A stretch of 63,898 bases of DNA, filler included, from Fonticula-like sp. SCN 57-25 (GCA_001724245.1; 9 parts of 9 records of this genome joined end to end with filler, not necessarily neighbours in it), one strand, 5' to 3'. Counted from the first letter of the whole stretch, positions 8,453-20,908 are shown. Notes: generated from the letters alone by a model not told the origin. Translations and numbers: made by a program.

Positions 8453-11400
8453 ATGGTCTCGCGTCTTCTAACATGTACGCCATCCTCTCTCTTTATAACC
8501 ATATATCTTTCTCTCTTGTATGTTCTTGTTGCTAACATGTTTTACATGGGGCAATGGTAGCCAAGGTCAGCTCGGTCAGGGCGGTGATGCGGATACTGTT
8601 CTTGTCCCGACCGCCCTTCGCTCTTTTACAAACCGTCCAGTCCGCTCGCTCTCGAGCGGCTTTCGCCACTCTGCGCTCGTCGCCGACGACGGCGCATGCT
8701 ACACGTTTGGCAGCAATGATGACGGCGCGCTTGGCCATACCAAGCGCCGCACACGTCCCGAGACAGTCGACTCGCTCGAGGCCTTTTCAATTGAGCAGAT
8801 CGCCGCCGGCAGCCGGCACACGGTGGCGCTCACCAAGGACGGTATGGTCTTTACGTGGGGTGCGTCCGATCGCGGCCAGCTTGGTCTCGGTCTCGACGCG
8901 ATGCTGAACGGCGGCGACGGCGGCAGCGACCACAAGTTTGCGCGCCCGCAGCGCGTCCGCGCGCTTGACGGCGTGCCTGTCGTGCAGGTGGCGACCGGCG
9001 ATAACCACGTGCTTGCGCTCGACACCAGCGGGACCGTGTGGGCGTGGGGCGACAACGCAGAGGGGCAGCTCGGCATCGGCACCTTTGCCGCGTCGCACAG
9101 CCCCGTACACGTCTCGGGCCTGCGCGGCGTGCCCATCGTGCGCGTCGCGTGCGGGTCGGTGCACTCGCTCGCGCTGTCGGCGGGCGGCGACGTGTACGCA
9201 TGGGGCAGCAATCGGTTTGGCCAGATCGCGCAGGGCGACGTGCCCAAGAAGCTTCGGCCAACGTTCATTGAGGGGCTCGAGGGAAAGTGCGTCGTCGACA
9301 TTGCCTGCGGCAGCGAGCACTCGGTCGTGCTAACGTCGGCCGGGCGCGTCGTGTCGTTTGGCGCCGGCAGCAACGGGCAGCTCGGGCACGGCGCCGACCA
9401 GCATGAGGCGCTCCCGCGCACCATCGTCGACCTCATGGGCACTGAGAGCACGCTCATCGCCTGCGGGAGGAGGCACACGCTCGTGTACCAGGAGGCCACG
9501 CGGAGGCTCTACGCCTTTGGCCTCGGCGCTTCGGGGCAGCTCGGCAACGGGCGGCTCAAGAGCTGCAACGCGCCAGAGGCAGTCGTCTTGCCAGAAGGCG
9601 CGCGCGTGACACAAATCTTTGCCGGTGGCGACCAGAGCTTTGCCGTCGTCGAGGCGCCCATGGAGCCCAGTGAGGACGAGCTTGTTACTTCTACTTCTTC
9701 TATCGCCGTGGACGATGTGCTATGTCGCGCGAGGCCACCGACCGGGCCGCACACGCTCAACTACATTACTCCAGACATCCTCGCACAGCTGCTTCAGGGG
9801 CGCACAGACCGCCTTGTTGCGCATCTCTCAAGCGTCTTTTCGTCCGCCGCGTGCCTAAACGCGTCCTTTTTCCCGCCCGCGCACAATGGCGGCCCGTTCT
9901 CGTCTGCCGACGCCGCGCTGCCGATCGATCTGGCGGCCGTGCGCGACGCCTACGCGCTGCTGTGGGGCCACGCAGACTCGGCGGCCTTTGTCACTGCGAT
10001 CGGAAACGCGACGGCCAAGCTCGTGTCGTCTATTTCGACCGAGAGCGTCGTCGTGGCGCGGCCCGACAACGTCCGCTTCTTCCTGATGCTTCTGGAGAAC
10101 CCGCTTTTCCTCGCGCCGGACCGCATGTTTGCCGTTCTCGCCAAGCTCGTGACTGTCCTGGCAGGCCTGCGCGGCGAGCCGCGCGCTACGCTTGGGCGTT
10201 GGCTCGGCGCGGGCGGCGCTCCTTATCTCGGCCGCGCCTTGCAGCTTCTCCAAAACTTTTTGTCGCACGCGCTCAAGCACCCCGACCTCGGCCTGGACCT
10301 CGCCGTCCCCAACTGCACGGCTGTCATCGCGTGGCTGCACTCGGTCAATGCCGCGCACCAGCACCCGCTGCCCGTCCGCGCCTTTTACAACCCGACCATC
10401 ACGACGCACGTCGATGTCATCACCGACTTTGACAATACGATGCGCAAGACAAACATTTTCACGTTTTCGTCGATGCCGTTCCTGCTCGAGCCCGCGGTGA
10501 AAAAGCTCTTTTTCGAAATTGCCGTACACGCGCGCATGGAGGCGCTGGCGCAGGATGCCGTAGTGGCCGGCCTTCAGGGCAAAGAGCATGCGCGGCCCTA
10601 CCTCGAACTGCGGATCCGCCGCGAGCACATCATGCAAGACGCGCGCGACCAGATTGAGCAGACGCGCCAGAACTCTGACCTTCACAAGGCGCTCATTGTG
10701 CGCTTCCAGGACGAGGAGGCGCAGGACGACGGCGGTGTCCGCAAAGAATTCTTCCACCTTCTCTTCAAGGGCCTTACCGACCCCGCCTCGGGCTTTTTCT
10801 CGTACGATCCCGAGACGCGCCTGCTCTGGTTTGGCGATGGGCACACGGGCGACGCGCGCTCGTGGGAGCTGATCGGGACGTACCTCGGCCTCGCCGTACA
10901 GAACGGCTGCCTCGTCGACGTGCACCTCCCGACCGTCTTTTACAGCAAGCTGCTCGCGCGCGGCGACACGACCTTTGGCATTGAGGACCTTGCCGAGCTC
11001 CAGCCCGCCGTCCACCGCAGCCTGCGCTTTATCCTCGACGAGACGGACGAGGAGACCATCGCAAACCTCGGCCTCGTATTTGAGTACGACACGACTGTCG
11101 CGGGCGAGCCGCGCGCCGTCCCGCTCAAGCCGAATGGCGGCGACATCCCCGTCACCGTCCACAACCGCGCCGAGTACGTGCGGCTCGTCGTGCAGCACCT
11201 GCTCGTCGGATCGGTCGCCGCCATGTTTGACCCGCTCAGGAAAGGCTTTTTGCGCGTGTGCGACGGGCCGACGCTGCGCATCTTTGACCCGACCGAGGTT
11301 GAGCTGCTCGTCTGCGGCGTCCCGACGTTCCAGTTCCACGAGCTCGAGGGCATCGCGCAGTACGGCGAGGGGTACAGCAAGGACCACCCGACGATAAAGC

Positions 11401-11660
11401 TCTTTTGGCAGGCGTTCCACGCGCTGCCGACGGAGCTCAAGCGAAAGTTTTTGCTGTTTGTGTCGGGGTCGGACCGCGTGCCGCTCGGCGGGTGGAAGTC
11501 ATTCAGGCTTGTCATTCAGAGGACGGGCGACCCGGCGGCGCTGCCGGCGGCGCACACGTGCTTCAACATTCTCGACCTGCCAGAGTACACGAGCCTCGAT
11601 GAGCTACAGAGCAAGCTCGTGTACGCGCTGCAAAACACTGAGGGGTTCGGGCTCGTCTAG
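8453..11660 (+). CDS. Small HERC-type E3 ubiquitin ligase (RCC1-repeat propeller + HECT domain), HERC3/4-like
   Basis: Repeated WG-N--GQLG RCC1 units. HECT motifs DDGGVRKEFF, FLLFVSGSDRVP, LPAAHTCFNILDLP and C-terminal EGFGLV. Start is either 8453 with a non-canonical intron or 8520. Confidence 0.92.
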
Positions 11661-11743
11661 TGTGTATATTTGTTACTTTTTGTGTACATATTGTTTGAAT
11701 AAATGAATGTCAATGGTAATAATACAATGGAATGGAATGATCT

Positions 11744-12430
11744 TTAGGCGGCAGAGGAAAGGCCGCCGTCCACGACGAATGTCTGGCCTGTAATGTACTC
11801 TGCGTCCATGAGGAAGAGCGCCATTGCGGCGACTTCCTCGGACGTGCCGAATCTCCCGAGCGGGATCCGCTCGATGATTTCGGCGCGGCGAGCCTCACTC
11901 AGCCCGGCCGTCATGTCAGTCTCGATGAAGCCCGGCGCGATCGTGTTTACGCGGATGCCCCGCGAGGCGACTTCGCGCGCGAGCGAGGCGGAAAAGCCGA
12001 AAAGACCGGCCTTGCTCGCGCTGTACACGGACTGGCCGGCGCTCCCCCGGATCCCGGCGACGCTCGATACGAGGAGGACGGCGCCCGACCGCCGCGCCAG
12101 CATCCCCTTTAAAAAGGCTCGCGTCGTCGTCACGGCGCCAACCAAATTTGTGTCGAATGTACGGCGAATGTCCGCGTCGCTAGCGCGCACCAAAAGTCCG
12201 TCGACGGCAACGCCCGCGGCATTCACGAGAACGTCGACAGGGCCAACGGCGGCGGCGGCGGCGGCCACGCTAGTAGGGTCCGAAACATCAAGCGTGACGT
12301 GTTCAATGCCAGAAAGCCCGTCGGGGCGAGTGCGGCTTCCGACTATGACGGACGCACCAGAGCGCTGAGCGGCCACCGCGATCGCGCGGCCAATGCCACG
12401 CGAGCCGCCGGTCACCAAGACGCGCTTCAT
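11744..12430 (-). CDS. 3-oxoacyl-ACP reductase / SDR (FabG/CBR4-like)
   Basis: VLVTGGSRGIG, VLVNAAG, GQSVYSASKAG, IRVNTIAPGFIETDMT and YITGQTFVVDGG. Intronless; start ATG at 12430. Confidence 0.92.
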   Translation of the reverse strand: MKRVLVTGGSRGIGRAIAVAAQRSGASVIVGSRTRPDGLSGIEHVTLDVSDPTSVAAAAAAVGPVDVLVNAAGVAVDGLLVRASDADIRRTFDTNLVGAVTTTRAFLKGMLARRSGAVLLVSSVAGIRGSAGQSVYSASKAGLFGFSASLAREVASRGIRVNTIAPGFIETDMTAGLSEARRAEIIERIPLGRFGTSEEVAAMALFLMDAEYITGQTFVVDGGLSSAA

Positions 12431-12671
12431 GGCCGAGATTTTGGCGGGAAAAATCAAACACGGTTGACTTTGAGGGGTGTCAACAACCACGGGCGCATTG
12501 TAAAGACGCGCCCAGCGCGCGTTCAAGTTCCTTGGCGTGAGCAAGAGGCCGTCGTCGGCGTGCCTCGTATACATATTTTTGAATGGATATTTGCGATGAA
12601 CCAAGTATGCCAATGTCAGAGGTGCGTCCGGGGCCGCCCCGCAAATCGTTGCTAACCCCGTTCAGGATGCG

Positions 12672-13565
12672 ATGTTGCATGCGCTGCGCCAGGCGGATGA
12701 GAGCGGCAGCGGGTACATTGACGGGGCGAGCGTGTGGCGCGTCCTATTTTTCTTGCGCGCACGGCAGAGCCCAGAAGTGACCGCCGCGGCAGAGTCGATC
12801 TCTTTGTGCGATCGCGTCTCGTTCGACGACGTCATACGCACCTTCAGCCCTCTGATCTACGCTGATGACGAGCGCGAAATCGATACTCTTTATACTAATG
12901 AAGCGACTATTCAAGACAGTAACGATGCCGCCGCGCTGCGGCACAGCATCCTCTCGCTGCTCACCCGCACCGACCCTTCTCTGATCGACTCTGACGACCC
13001 TGACCTTGTCACGGTCGTTTCACGCTTCTGCCTCGCGTACGACCGCCTTCGCGCGTCGCCCTCCGCCGCTTCGCCGAGCGCGGACACTGCAACGACGGTC
13101 GCGCTGCGGTCGCTCAACGGCCTGCTGGCGACCGGCACTGGAAGCTCCGAGGCGCTGCGGCGCGCGCTCGAGTCGTGCCGCGCGCGCGTCGCTCTGCTGC
13201 GCAAGGAGGAGCTCGGCGAGACGAGCGGCGAGCGGGCGCAAGACAGCGGCGTTGAAGGCGGCGTCGGCAGCGCGGTCGACGTGCGCGGCTCAGAAGCAGT
13301 TTTGCGCGCCTTTAAAGATCTCGCGCTCCACTTTGTCACCTTTGTGCTCTTTGTTGTGCTTCAGCTTGTCTCGACCGCCCTGGCGTGGACGTCGCCGCCT
13401 GCCTCGCTGTACGCGGACGGCGGAGCGAATACTAGCACAAGGCGACCAGCGCCTCCGCGTCCGCACACGGCGGCGGTGCTGAGCACGGGTCCGGATGCCG
13501 GCTCGATGCCGGGATCGCCGGCCGACAGGAGCGTCGCAGCGCGATGGCGTCGCGTCTTTCGCTGA
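12672..13565 (+). CDS. Hypothetical protein with an EF-hand-like loop and one C-terminal transmembrane helix (5' exon not resolved)
   Basis: DESGSGYID loop. Hydrophobic FVTFVLFVVLQLVSTALAW. Acceptor GCTAAC...CAG at about 12665. Confidence 0.55.
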   Translation: MLHALRQADESGSGYIDGASVWRVLFFLRARQSPEVTAAAESISLCDRVSFDDVIRTFSPLIYADDEREIDTLYTNEATIQDSNDAAALRHSILSLLTRTDPSLIDSDDPDLVTVVSRFCLAYDRLRASPSAASPSADTATTVALRSLNGLLATGTGSSEALRRALESCRARVALLRKEELGETSGERAQDSGVEGGVGSAVDVRGSEAVLRAFKDLALHFVTFVLFVVLQLVSTALAWTSPPASLYADGGANTSTRRPAPPRPHTAAVLSTGPDAGSMPGSPADRSVAARWRRVFR

Positions 13566-13845
13566 AACCTTTTTTTGAACGCAGTGTACATTTAGTTGTT
13601 GTATTGTGTAGTGAGCCGCTTTAGTGGCACTTTTAAATAATACTTGTAATGGTTTATTACTATGGATATAGTTGCGAAACAGCTATCAAAGCGGCGCGTG
13701 CATCATCAAATTCAGTGCATAGACAATAACCAGCTTCTTTCCGGGAAAAGAAGCCCGAGCAGGACTCACGAAAACAAAATATATATATGCGTGCTTGAAA
13801 ACGGCGACTGAGCCGGCAGCCACGCGCATCACGCGCTAAAAGGCT

Positions 13846-14346
13846 CTAAAAGGCGGGCTGGACCTTGAAAAAGTTGGTGTAGCTCTTGATATAGTTGGAC
13901 GACTGCTTCTCTTCGGCTAGAAAATCACCATGGTTTAGCAATGGCACGTTGTCACAGCGAGTGCGCGTACGCTTGCCCATGAGCTCGGCGACGCGCTCGT
14001 ACTGAGGCGACTTGACAAAGCGCGGGAGCGAATCCGCAACCATGTTCCTGAAGATGGCGGCCTGGAGCTCGTCAAACATGTCGATGGGCGCGGCCTTGTA
14101 CGGGACCTCGAGAACGCCGACGAGCTGCGTGGGCACGTTGACCTGGAGCGGGCAGTCCGACTTGAGGTACGTGTTGTACAGCTTCTCGGCCAGCGTAATG
14201 CGCTTCTGCTCGTCCGCCTCCTCCTTGTAAACCTCGACATCGAGCCAGCACAGGAGGTTCTCAACATTGAACTCCTTCATGCAAAACTCCTTAAAGCCCC
14301 AGAGAAAGGCCTGGTTGCGCAGCGCTTCCTTGAGATCACGAACCAT
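13846..14346 (-). CDS. Single-domain regulator of G-protein signalling (RGS) protein
   Basis: FKEFCMKEFNVENLLCWLDVEVYK...YLKSDCPLQVNV...MFDELQ...DSLPRF. In-frame 54-nt intron 13970-13917. Confidence 0.88.
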   Translation of the reverse strand: MVRDLKEALRNQAFLWGFKEFCMKEFNVENLLCWLDVEVYKEEADEQKRITLAEKLYNTYLKSDCPLQVNVPTQLVGVLEVPYKAAPIDMFDELQAAIFRNMVADSLPRFVKSPQYERVAELMGKRTRTRCDNVPLLNHGDFLAEEKQSSNYIKSYTNFFKVQPAF

Positions 14347-15420
14347 GGCAGAGCGGGGCATCCGAGAGGGCGGGCAGAGGGCAGAGAGCAAACTGTGAGC
14401 AAAAATTACAGCCGCAAACGCGATTTTAATATGACCGATTGACGGGAATCAAAGGTCTCGACCGACCCCTGGCACGACCAATTAGCCGACAAATAAAGTC
14501 GCTCAATTACTAAATATGTAGCGCGTGAACGAATGTCCCAAATAGGCAGGCGAGACCAGGAAAGCCGTTCGCCGTGGTCGCTTTTTCTCTCATTTCGTTG
14601 ACTTTGCCCTGTTGACCGCCGTGCAAGTCCCCTGTGGTCAATTTTGGGCCTAGACTTTTGGCGAAAAAATTGGCCTGGAGCTAGCGGGCACCTCGGGGCA
14701 CCTACCCACACTTTTTTCTCACTTTATTGCATACAAACACCTCCAAAAAAGCGGCTTTTAGGCCAGGGAGCCCTGTCACACGATGGGTTCCACGAGATCG
14801 GAAATTATGGATTCCCATGATTGGAGCCCCTTATGAATCCGATTGGATTACGATCACTACAAATTGCGCCAATAAATTGCGGGGGTTCTTCTGCGAAACG
14901 CGGTCGACCATGCTGTACTTCGATTACTTTTATTCGACGAGGATAATTACATGGTATGTGGGCGACAAGGCTTACAAAGTGGGCAATCGCGGGCTTCCAT
15001 ATGATACCCGTTTTCCTATTGGTTTCCCAGCCATATGATACATTCCGAAAGGTGCAAGAGTCATGTGGGTGGGCAAGGGTTGTGGCATGTCAATGTCATG
15101 TTTGCTGACGCGGATGGTAGAAGAATGTGTGCACGGCTTGATGAAAGATGCCATATAGAGGAACAGAGGCAACAAAGGTCGGCCGGCAAGTATGAATGTG
15201 CTATTGTATATTGTATATTTGAATTATGCGAGAAGGGCGAGTGAAGAAAAATACTCGTTCTTACAGGACAGACTCGATAGAAAAAGAACGCAATACAGTA
15301 GTGACTCTGGGAATGTCTATNNNNNNNNNNNNNNNNNNNNNNNNNNNNNNNNNNNNNNNNNNNNTTAATTAATTAANNNNNNNNNNNNNNNNNNNNNNNN
15401 NNNNNNNNNNNNNNNNNNNN

Positions 15421-16236
15421 TCGCGCTGCTGGTGCGCGGCGTCGAGCTGGCTCGTGGGCAGCGCCGACGACGTGTCCGCGTCGGCGGTGACGCGCGCGTT
15501 GAGGCCGAGGAGGACGTCGGGTGAGACGCCGGCGGGGCCTTCGGTGAAGATGCGCGGCGTGTCAGTGTTGAGATCGTTGATGCGGTCGATGACGAGGTCG
15601 AGGCGGCGCTCGTCAACGAGCTCGTGCTTGTTGAGGAGGATGAGGTCGGTGTATTGTGCTTGCATCTTGGCGGTGGGGCTGCGATCGGCGTAGCCGTCAA
15701 AGTTGACGCAGTCGATCACGGTCACGATGGCGTCGAGGCCGAAGCCGGGGAGCTGGCGGATCTGCCACGCAATCGCCGCTGGCAAAGAGTCAGAAAAAGG
15801 GAAAGAGAAAAAGGACATACCAGGGAAGGCCGAGCCAGATGCTTCGACGATGATCTGCGAGGGGCGGTACTTTTCGCGCATTTCGATCAGGGCGTTCTCC
15901 ATCTGGCCGACGAGCACGCAGCAGAGGCAGCCGTTCAGCATCTCGCTCACGGCAATACTTGAATCGCCCATCAGGACGCTGTCCACTATACATATTCATT
16001 AGCCAAAAATGAGGTAAAATAAGACAAAGTACCTGCAAGATCGCCAAATTCATTCTTCAAGACTGCCACGCCATGGCCTTCGGGAAGCTGCTTTAGCAGA
16101 CTGCGCGCAAAGTTAGCTCGAACCACTCAACAATCAACACGTACCTAAGAATAATGGTCGTCTTGCCGCTACCAAGAAAGCCAGTAAACACCGTCACCGG
16201 CGTCGGGTCCAAGTCGGCACCCGCTGTGCCTGACAT
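15421..16236 (-). CDS. COG0523/CobW-family (ZNG1-like) metallochaperone GTPase, 3'-truncated by the contig end
   Basis: PVTVFTGFLGSGKTT, NEFGD, NGCLCC (CxCC), IIVEASG and LILLNK motifs. Three short introns. Confidence 0.9.
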
Positions 16237-16395
16237 CGTAGCTGCGAGAACTAGCGCGACACGTCGCTAAAGTGAACTGAACGTGAATTTCCCGCCATCT
16301 CCAGACCGACGCAGACGTACGCTGACATACAATAACCGACCTGTGACGGACAAAACAGACTCATTGCGTTCGTCAGCTTTTTCACGCACCTGGGG

Positions 16396-18203
16396 ATGCC
16401 ACGGAGCGTGGGAACCTGGGCCGCTGCCGGCTACGTGCTCGTCAGCGCGCTCGCGTGCGGCGTGGCACTCGATGGCGTGGACTTTGTTAAGTCGCCGCCA
16501 GAGTCTCTCGATGCGGCGATCGCAAGTCTTCCGCTAGATGGCCTGTTTCCGATCGCGGTACGGCGCTGCGCCATCAATTGGGGCGCTAACCATGGACCAC
16601 TTCTAGGCGCTATTAAACATGCATCTATGCGTGCTCTCGCTCGCCTACCTGTCAATTTCAAAGGTTATCTTTGGCGGCCTGTCAAAGACCAGCCCTCTCT
16701 TCTTCATCGGCTTCTACTCGATGACATACCTGTGCTACAATCATCTCCACGGCGAGCTTTCGCGCACCCTCGTCTTCGTCTACCACACCATGCTCCCCCT
16801 GCTAATTCTCCTGCAGTGCATCGTCAGCATGGCCAACGACACATTTGACCTTGTGCGCGCTGATGCGGCTCTTTGCGTTAGCTCACGGGTCCTAGATTGA
16901 TCGCCTGTCGCGCCCCACGGCCCGCCGCGTCGCGATCATGTTCCAGCTCGCGATCGTGCTGTGCGTCGTGCTCGCCTCGATGAATGTATTATTCTCGGTC
17001 ATTTCGACAGACGACGGCCCCGACTGGATGCTTCTTTCCCTCTTTGGCGATCTCCTCGGCCTACTTCTGAGCTCGCTCCACATGCTCACCAAGCACGGCC
17101 TCTTCCTACGCTTCCAGCGCGAGTGGCCCGCCCGCGCGCCGTCCATCATGGTCATGGACACTGTCTGGGGCGCCTCTGTGCACGTTGTCGGCATTGTCTT
17201 CAAGCTGATGACGCTGCCCTTGATTCTGTCGTCCTTTTCGCACGTCGTTCAGCTCGTCATGCTTCTCCTGCGCCACGCCAGCCTCATCCTCGCGCGCCTC
17301 AACGCCCTCGAGGCCTTCCGCAACGACATTGCCTTTAAGCTCGCCGACGCGTCGCCGTCCGAGCTCGCCGCGCACGACGACGCGTGCCCGATCTGCCGCG
17401 ACGCAATGTCGAGCGCCAAGCGGCTCGACTGCGGCCACATGTTCCATCTGGCGTGCCTGCGGCCGTGGATCAGCCAGCACGCGTCGTGCCCAATGTGCCG
17501 CCAGCCGGTGGCCACGGGGCGCAGAGGGCAGGCGGCGGCAGGGCAGGGGAGGCCGTTGAATGCGCCGCTGTCGCGCGTGTCGAGCATGGTTGACAGTTGG
17601 CTCGGGCAGCTGCTCCTCGTCAGGCCGCCATCGCGCTACCCGGCGTCCATCGCAGAGACCGTACGCATTATGATTTATACTTGATTTTGGGCTAAAAATG
17701 TGCGTCATTGATAGATGGACCGCCTTCGCGAGCTTTTCCCGACCGTTCCCGACGAGCGTATTTTGCGCGAACTTTTGCTGCACGGCTCGATTGACCGCGC
17801 CGCCGAGAGCCTTTTATTGCAGAGCGAGCGCGCCGCGCCGCAGCCGTTCCCTGCCGCACAGCCCGTGCCAGCTGCGCGGCCGTTCCTGTGGCCGCAGCCG
17901 AGCGAGCCAATTACGATGGGCGACGCGTTTGCGCCCGCGGGCGATGACGACGGCGCGGCGGTGCACTACTTTGCGGCGCGGCCGCAACGTGTGCCGTCGC
18001 CACCGCCGGAGCAGATCGTTATGCGCGGGGCGGCATCGTCAGCATCGCCGGCATCGGCTTCGTCGGCTGCCGCGGGCGATGCGAGCGCGGCGGTGCAGAC
18101 GGCAGAGGAGGAGGATGCGCAGCAGCCGGTGCGGCACACGCGGTCGAGCTCAGCGGGCGGTGTGACGCAGCGCAGCTCAAGGGCCTTTAGAGAACTCTGC
18201 TGA
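16396..18203 (+). CDS. Multi-pass membrane RING-H2 + CUE E3 ligase (AMFR/gp78-like)
   Basis: TM segments. RING CPICRDAM...LDCGHMFHLACLRPWISQHASCPMCR. CUE-like LRELFPTVPDERILRELLLHGSIDRAAESLL after intron ~17661-17714. Confidence 0.82.
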
Positions 18204-18404
18204 GATCGTGGCCATTTTGCTTATTATTATACATTCCTCCATTTAGTACCACCTTTTTACTTGTAAATATGTTTTGAATACACTGCCCATTTCGTCACTT
18301 TTCCGCTCTTTTCACTACTACAATAGGTGCTGTATCATCCCCTAGCTTCCCTCCATCCCCAGATGCGCGTGATGCAAGTACAAATTTATTGATGCTGCAT
18401 GTCA

Positions 18405-18880
18405 TTACGTCGGGTTCTTGACGACCAAAATGACAGAGTCGCCGCGCAAAAACATTTTACTAATAAACCTGTCCTTGTTGATCTGCCCGCCCTTGACCTT
18501 TCCCTTTCCGCCCTTGCTCGTCTCGGTCCAAAACTCGTGCGCATTCTCGAGCACCATGTTGCAATGACGGTCAAAAGCGCGAACGCGCGCAAGAAGCTTG
18601 CGGTTGTTGCGGCAGCTAATAAGAACCTGCGTCCCGTTCTTCACGGAGCCGGTAAGCACAGAGAGGGGGCCTGTGTTGAACTCGTGCTCCTCGAGCTTGC
18701 GGAGCTCCTCCTCCGTCATCGTCGCCTTTTGGATCCCCGATGCGTCACTACAAACCGCGCGATTGAGCATATTGCCAATTATAAAATCGGGCAGAGTAGA
18801 CAAGAAGGAACAAGAAGGCGAACAAAGAAAAGAGGGCCGGCGAGCGGCAAAGAGAAGCACAGAGATGTCGCGTACGCCAT
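18405..18880 (-). CDS. SNRPD2: Small nuclear ribonucleoprotein Sm D2
   Basis: [10 protein letters not shown]...[28 protein letters not shown]...[14 protein letters not shown]. Micro first exon ATGGC|GTACGC at 18880-18876. Confidence 0.95.
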
Positions 18881-19118
18881 GATTGCCGGTTGAGCTGATG
18901 CCGCCTGCCTCAACAATCAAAGGGGGATTGAATTACTACACCCCGTGACGGATTAGGGGTAAACACAATCCACCTACCCAGATTCGACTGTGCAGATCCT
19001 GTGAACAGCTGTTCCTGATCTGTGCACAGACATCTGTCCTCGCCATACAGCAACAATCGTCAAAACAACATTAACATCATAGGTTAAAATAGCTTTATAG
19101 GTAATACAAAATGAAAAT

Positions 19119-20713
19119 TTATTTTTGCTGCGTCGGGTCCGGCGTCGTCTTGCGTATGAGCGGATTTGAGGACGCTCTGGACACGCCAGCCGGCTTCTTG
19201 AGCAGCCCGGTGAAGAACTGCTGCAGCTGCTCTGTATCAAAGTTGCCCTTGGCGGCGCCGCTCCCGTCGGCACCGCCGGCGCTCGTCGCCGCAAGCGAGG
19301 GCGAGCCGGTCGGACCCGCACGCGGACGCGCAGCCTCCGCCGCCGGTGCCGCCGCGGCCGCCGCAGCGTCCATATCCTTGATGGACTCGAGCATCGCGGG
19401 CGTCGCGTCACCCGACGCCTGCTTCTGCAGAATGCGCTGCAGGAAGCTCTGCTCGTCCTCGGTGTCCTCCTCGGCCGCCTGGCCAGCGGGCCTGCTCGCC
19501 TCGGCCGGCCGCTTGATAATCTCATTGAAGGGCGCGTCGGCGGCGTGCTCAACAAAGCCCTCGGTCAGCATGGCAATCTTGTTGCGCGTGTCCCAGCCGC
19601 TCGGGATAAACACAGCGTCCTTGGTGAGCGAGTGGACGAGCTGCGCGGGCGCTTTGCTGCGCTTCTTGCCAAAGAGGATGTGGAGAAGATGGTCCAAAAA
19701 GAGGTTCACGTTCTTGTCGGCGCGCGACGAAGCATACATGAGCGAGGCGCCATCTGAGCAAAAATATAGTTAGAAGGTGTGAACTGCAATAAGAAGACGT
19801 ACATTTGAGGCAGACAGTGCGGAGCGACTGCTGGATGTACTCAAAGTCGCTCTCCTTGAGCTCGCGCGACGACTCGAAACGGTCGATCTCGTCCGACTAG
19901 AGCAGGGTTAGCGCACTGAAAAGTAAATTATATACCAAAGACGTACCTTGAGGCCGACGACAATGATGGGGAGGCCGAGGTTGTGCGTCAAGGCGCCCTC
20001 GGGAAGCGGCAGGGATGCGAGATCCGCACCGGCAGCCAGCGGCCGGCCGTCCTCCGTGTAGCCCATAAACGCCTCACGAACTGTGAAACATTCGCTTAGC
20101 AAACAAACCACACAAATTAAAAGCGTACGGCGATCCTGCGCGTCGATGAGCGTCTCGCGCGGGACGTTGAGCCCCTGCAGGTTCGACTCTAGCAGTTCGA
20201 TCCACTTGTCCAGCGAGGCCATAATGTCCCACGGTTTGCTCAAGTCAACCGCAATAACAACAACCGTCTTGTTAAAGTTCTCCTTGTCGATCGCGAATTT
20301 AAGCAGCTGGCCGTACGCTACGGCGCCCTCGAGCTGCCATACGCCGAGGCGGGCGATCACATCTGCCTCGAGCGTGAGCATGGAAAAGGGAGCGTAAAAG
20401 AGGTCTCGCGCACCGTCACTGTCGTCGTCGCACACGTCGATATAAGAGTACGCAAGCGCCAATTCGCGCTCGGTGCTCCCGTCCTCGCCACCATCCTTGG
20501 CGGCCACACGGAGCCGGTCGATAAACTGCGACTTGCCGCAGAAACGGTCACCTTTCGTGGCGGGATCGCGTTAGCACAGCAGCAAAGGAAAGCGCAAAGC
20601 AGCCGGCGCAACAGCGTACCAAGCACAATAATCTGGCGCGTGTCAAGAGTACGTGCAGACACCACCTCCTTTAGGATGTTGGACCACACATTCTCCTCGG
20701 GCTGCTCCGCCAT
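19119..20713 (-). CDS. DYNC1LI: Cytoplasmic dynein 1 light intermediate chain, multi-exon
   Basis: ENVWSNILKEV, LAYSYIDV, DLSKPW, LTHNLGLPIIVVGLK, FEYIQQSLRTVC, KDAVFIPSGWD and C-terminal LQQFFTGLL. Confidence 0.92.
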
Positions 20714-20908
20714 CCTGTCGAATAGGGCCCAGCGCCAAACAGAGTTCGTCAGGGAAAGCGCGCAAAATCGTATCGATACCAATACTTACCAAACTTTACC
20801 GTATTGCACGTGACTATTGATCACGTGTCACTGTCGAGTCATCCAGTGAACCCGCGGAGATCCCCAGGCCAGCGCCCCGCCCCGCGCTGTGCGAGACGCT
20901 GCGCTGAC

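Noticed and set aside
14400-15320. Short ORFs 14727-15038 and 15035-15244 upstream of the RGS gene
   Set aside because: No recognisable motif or host codon bias. Could be a decayed element but cannot be supported.
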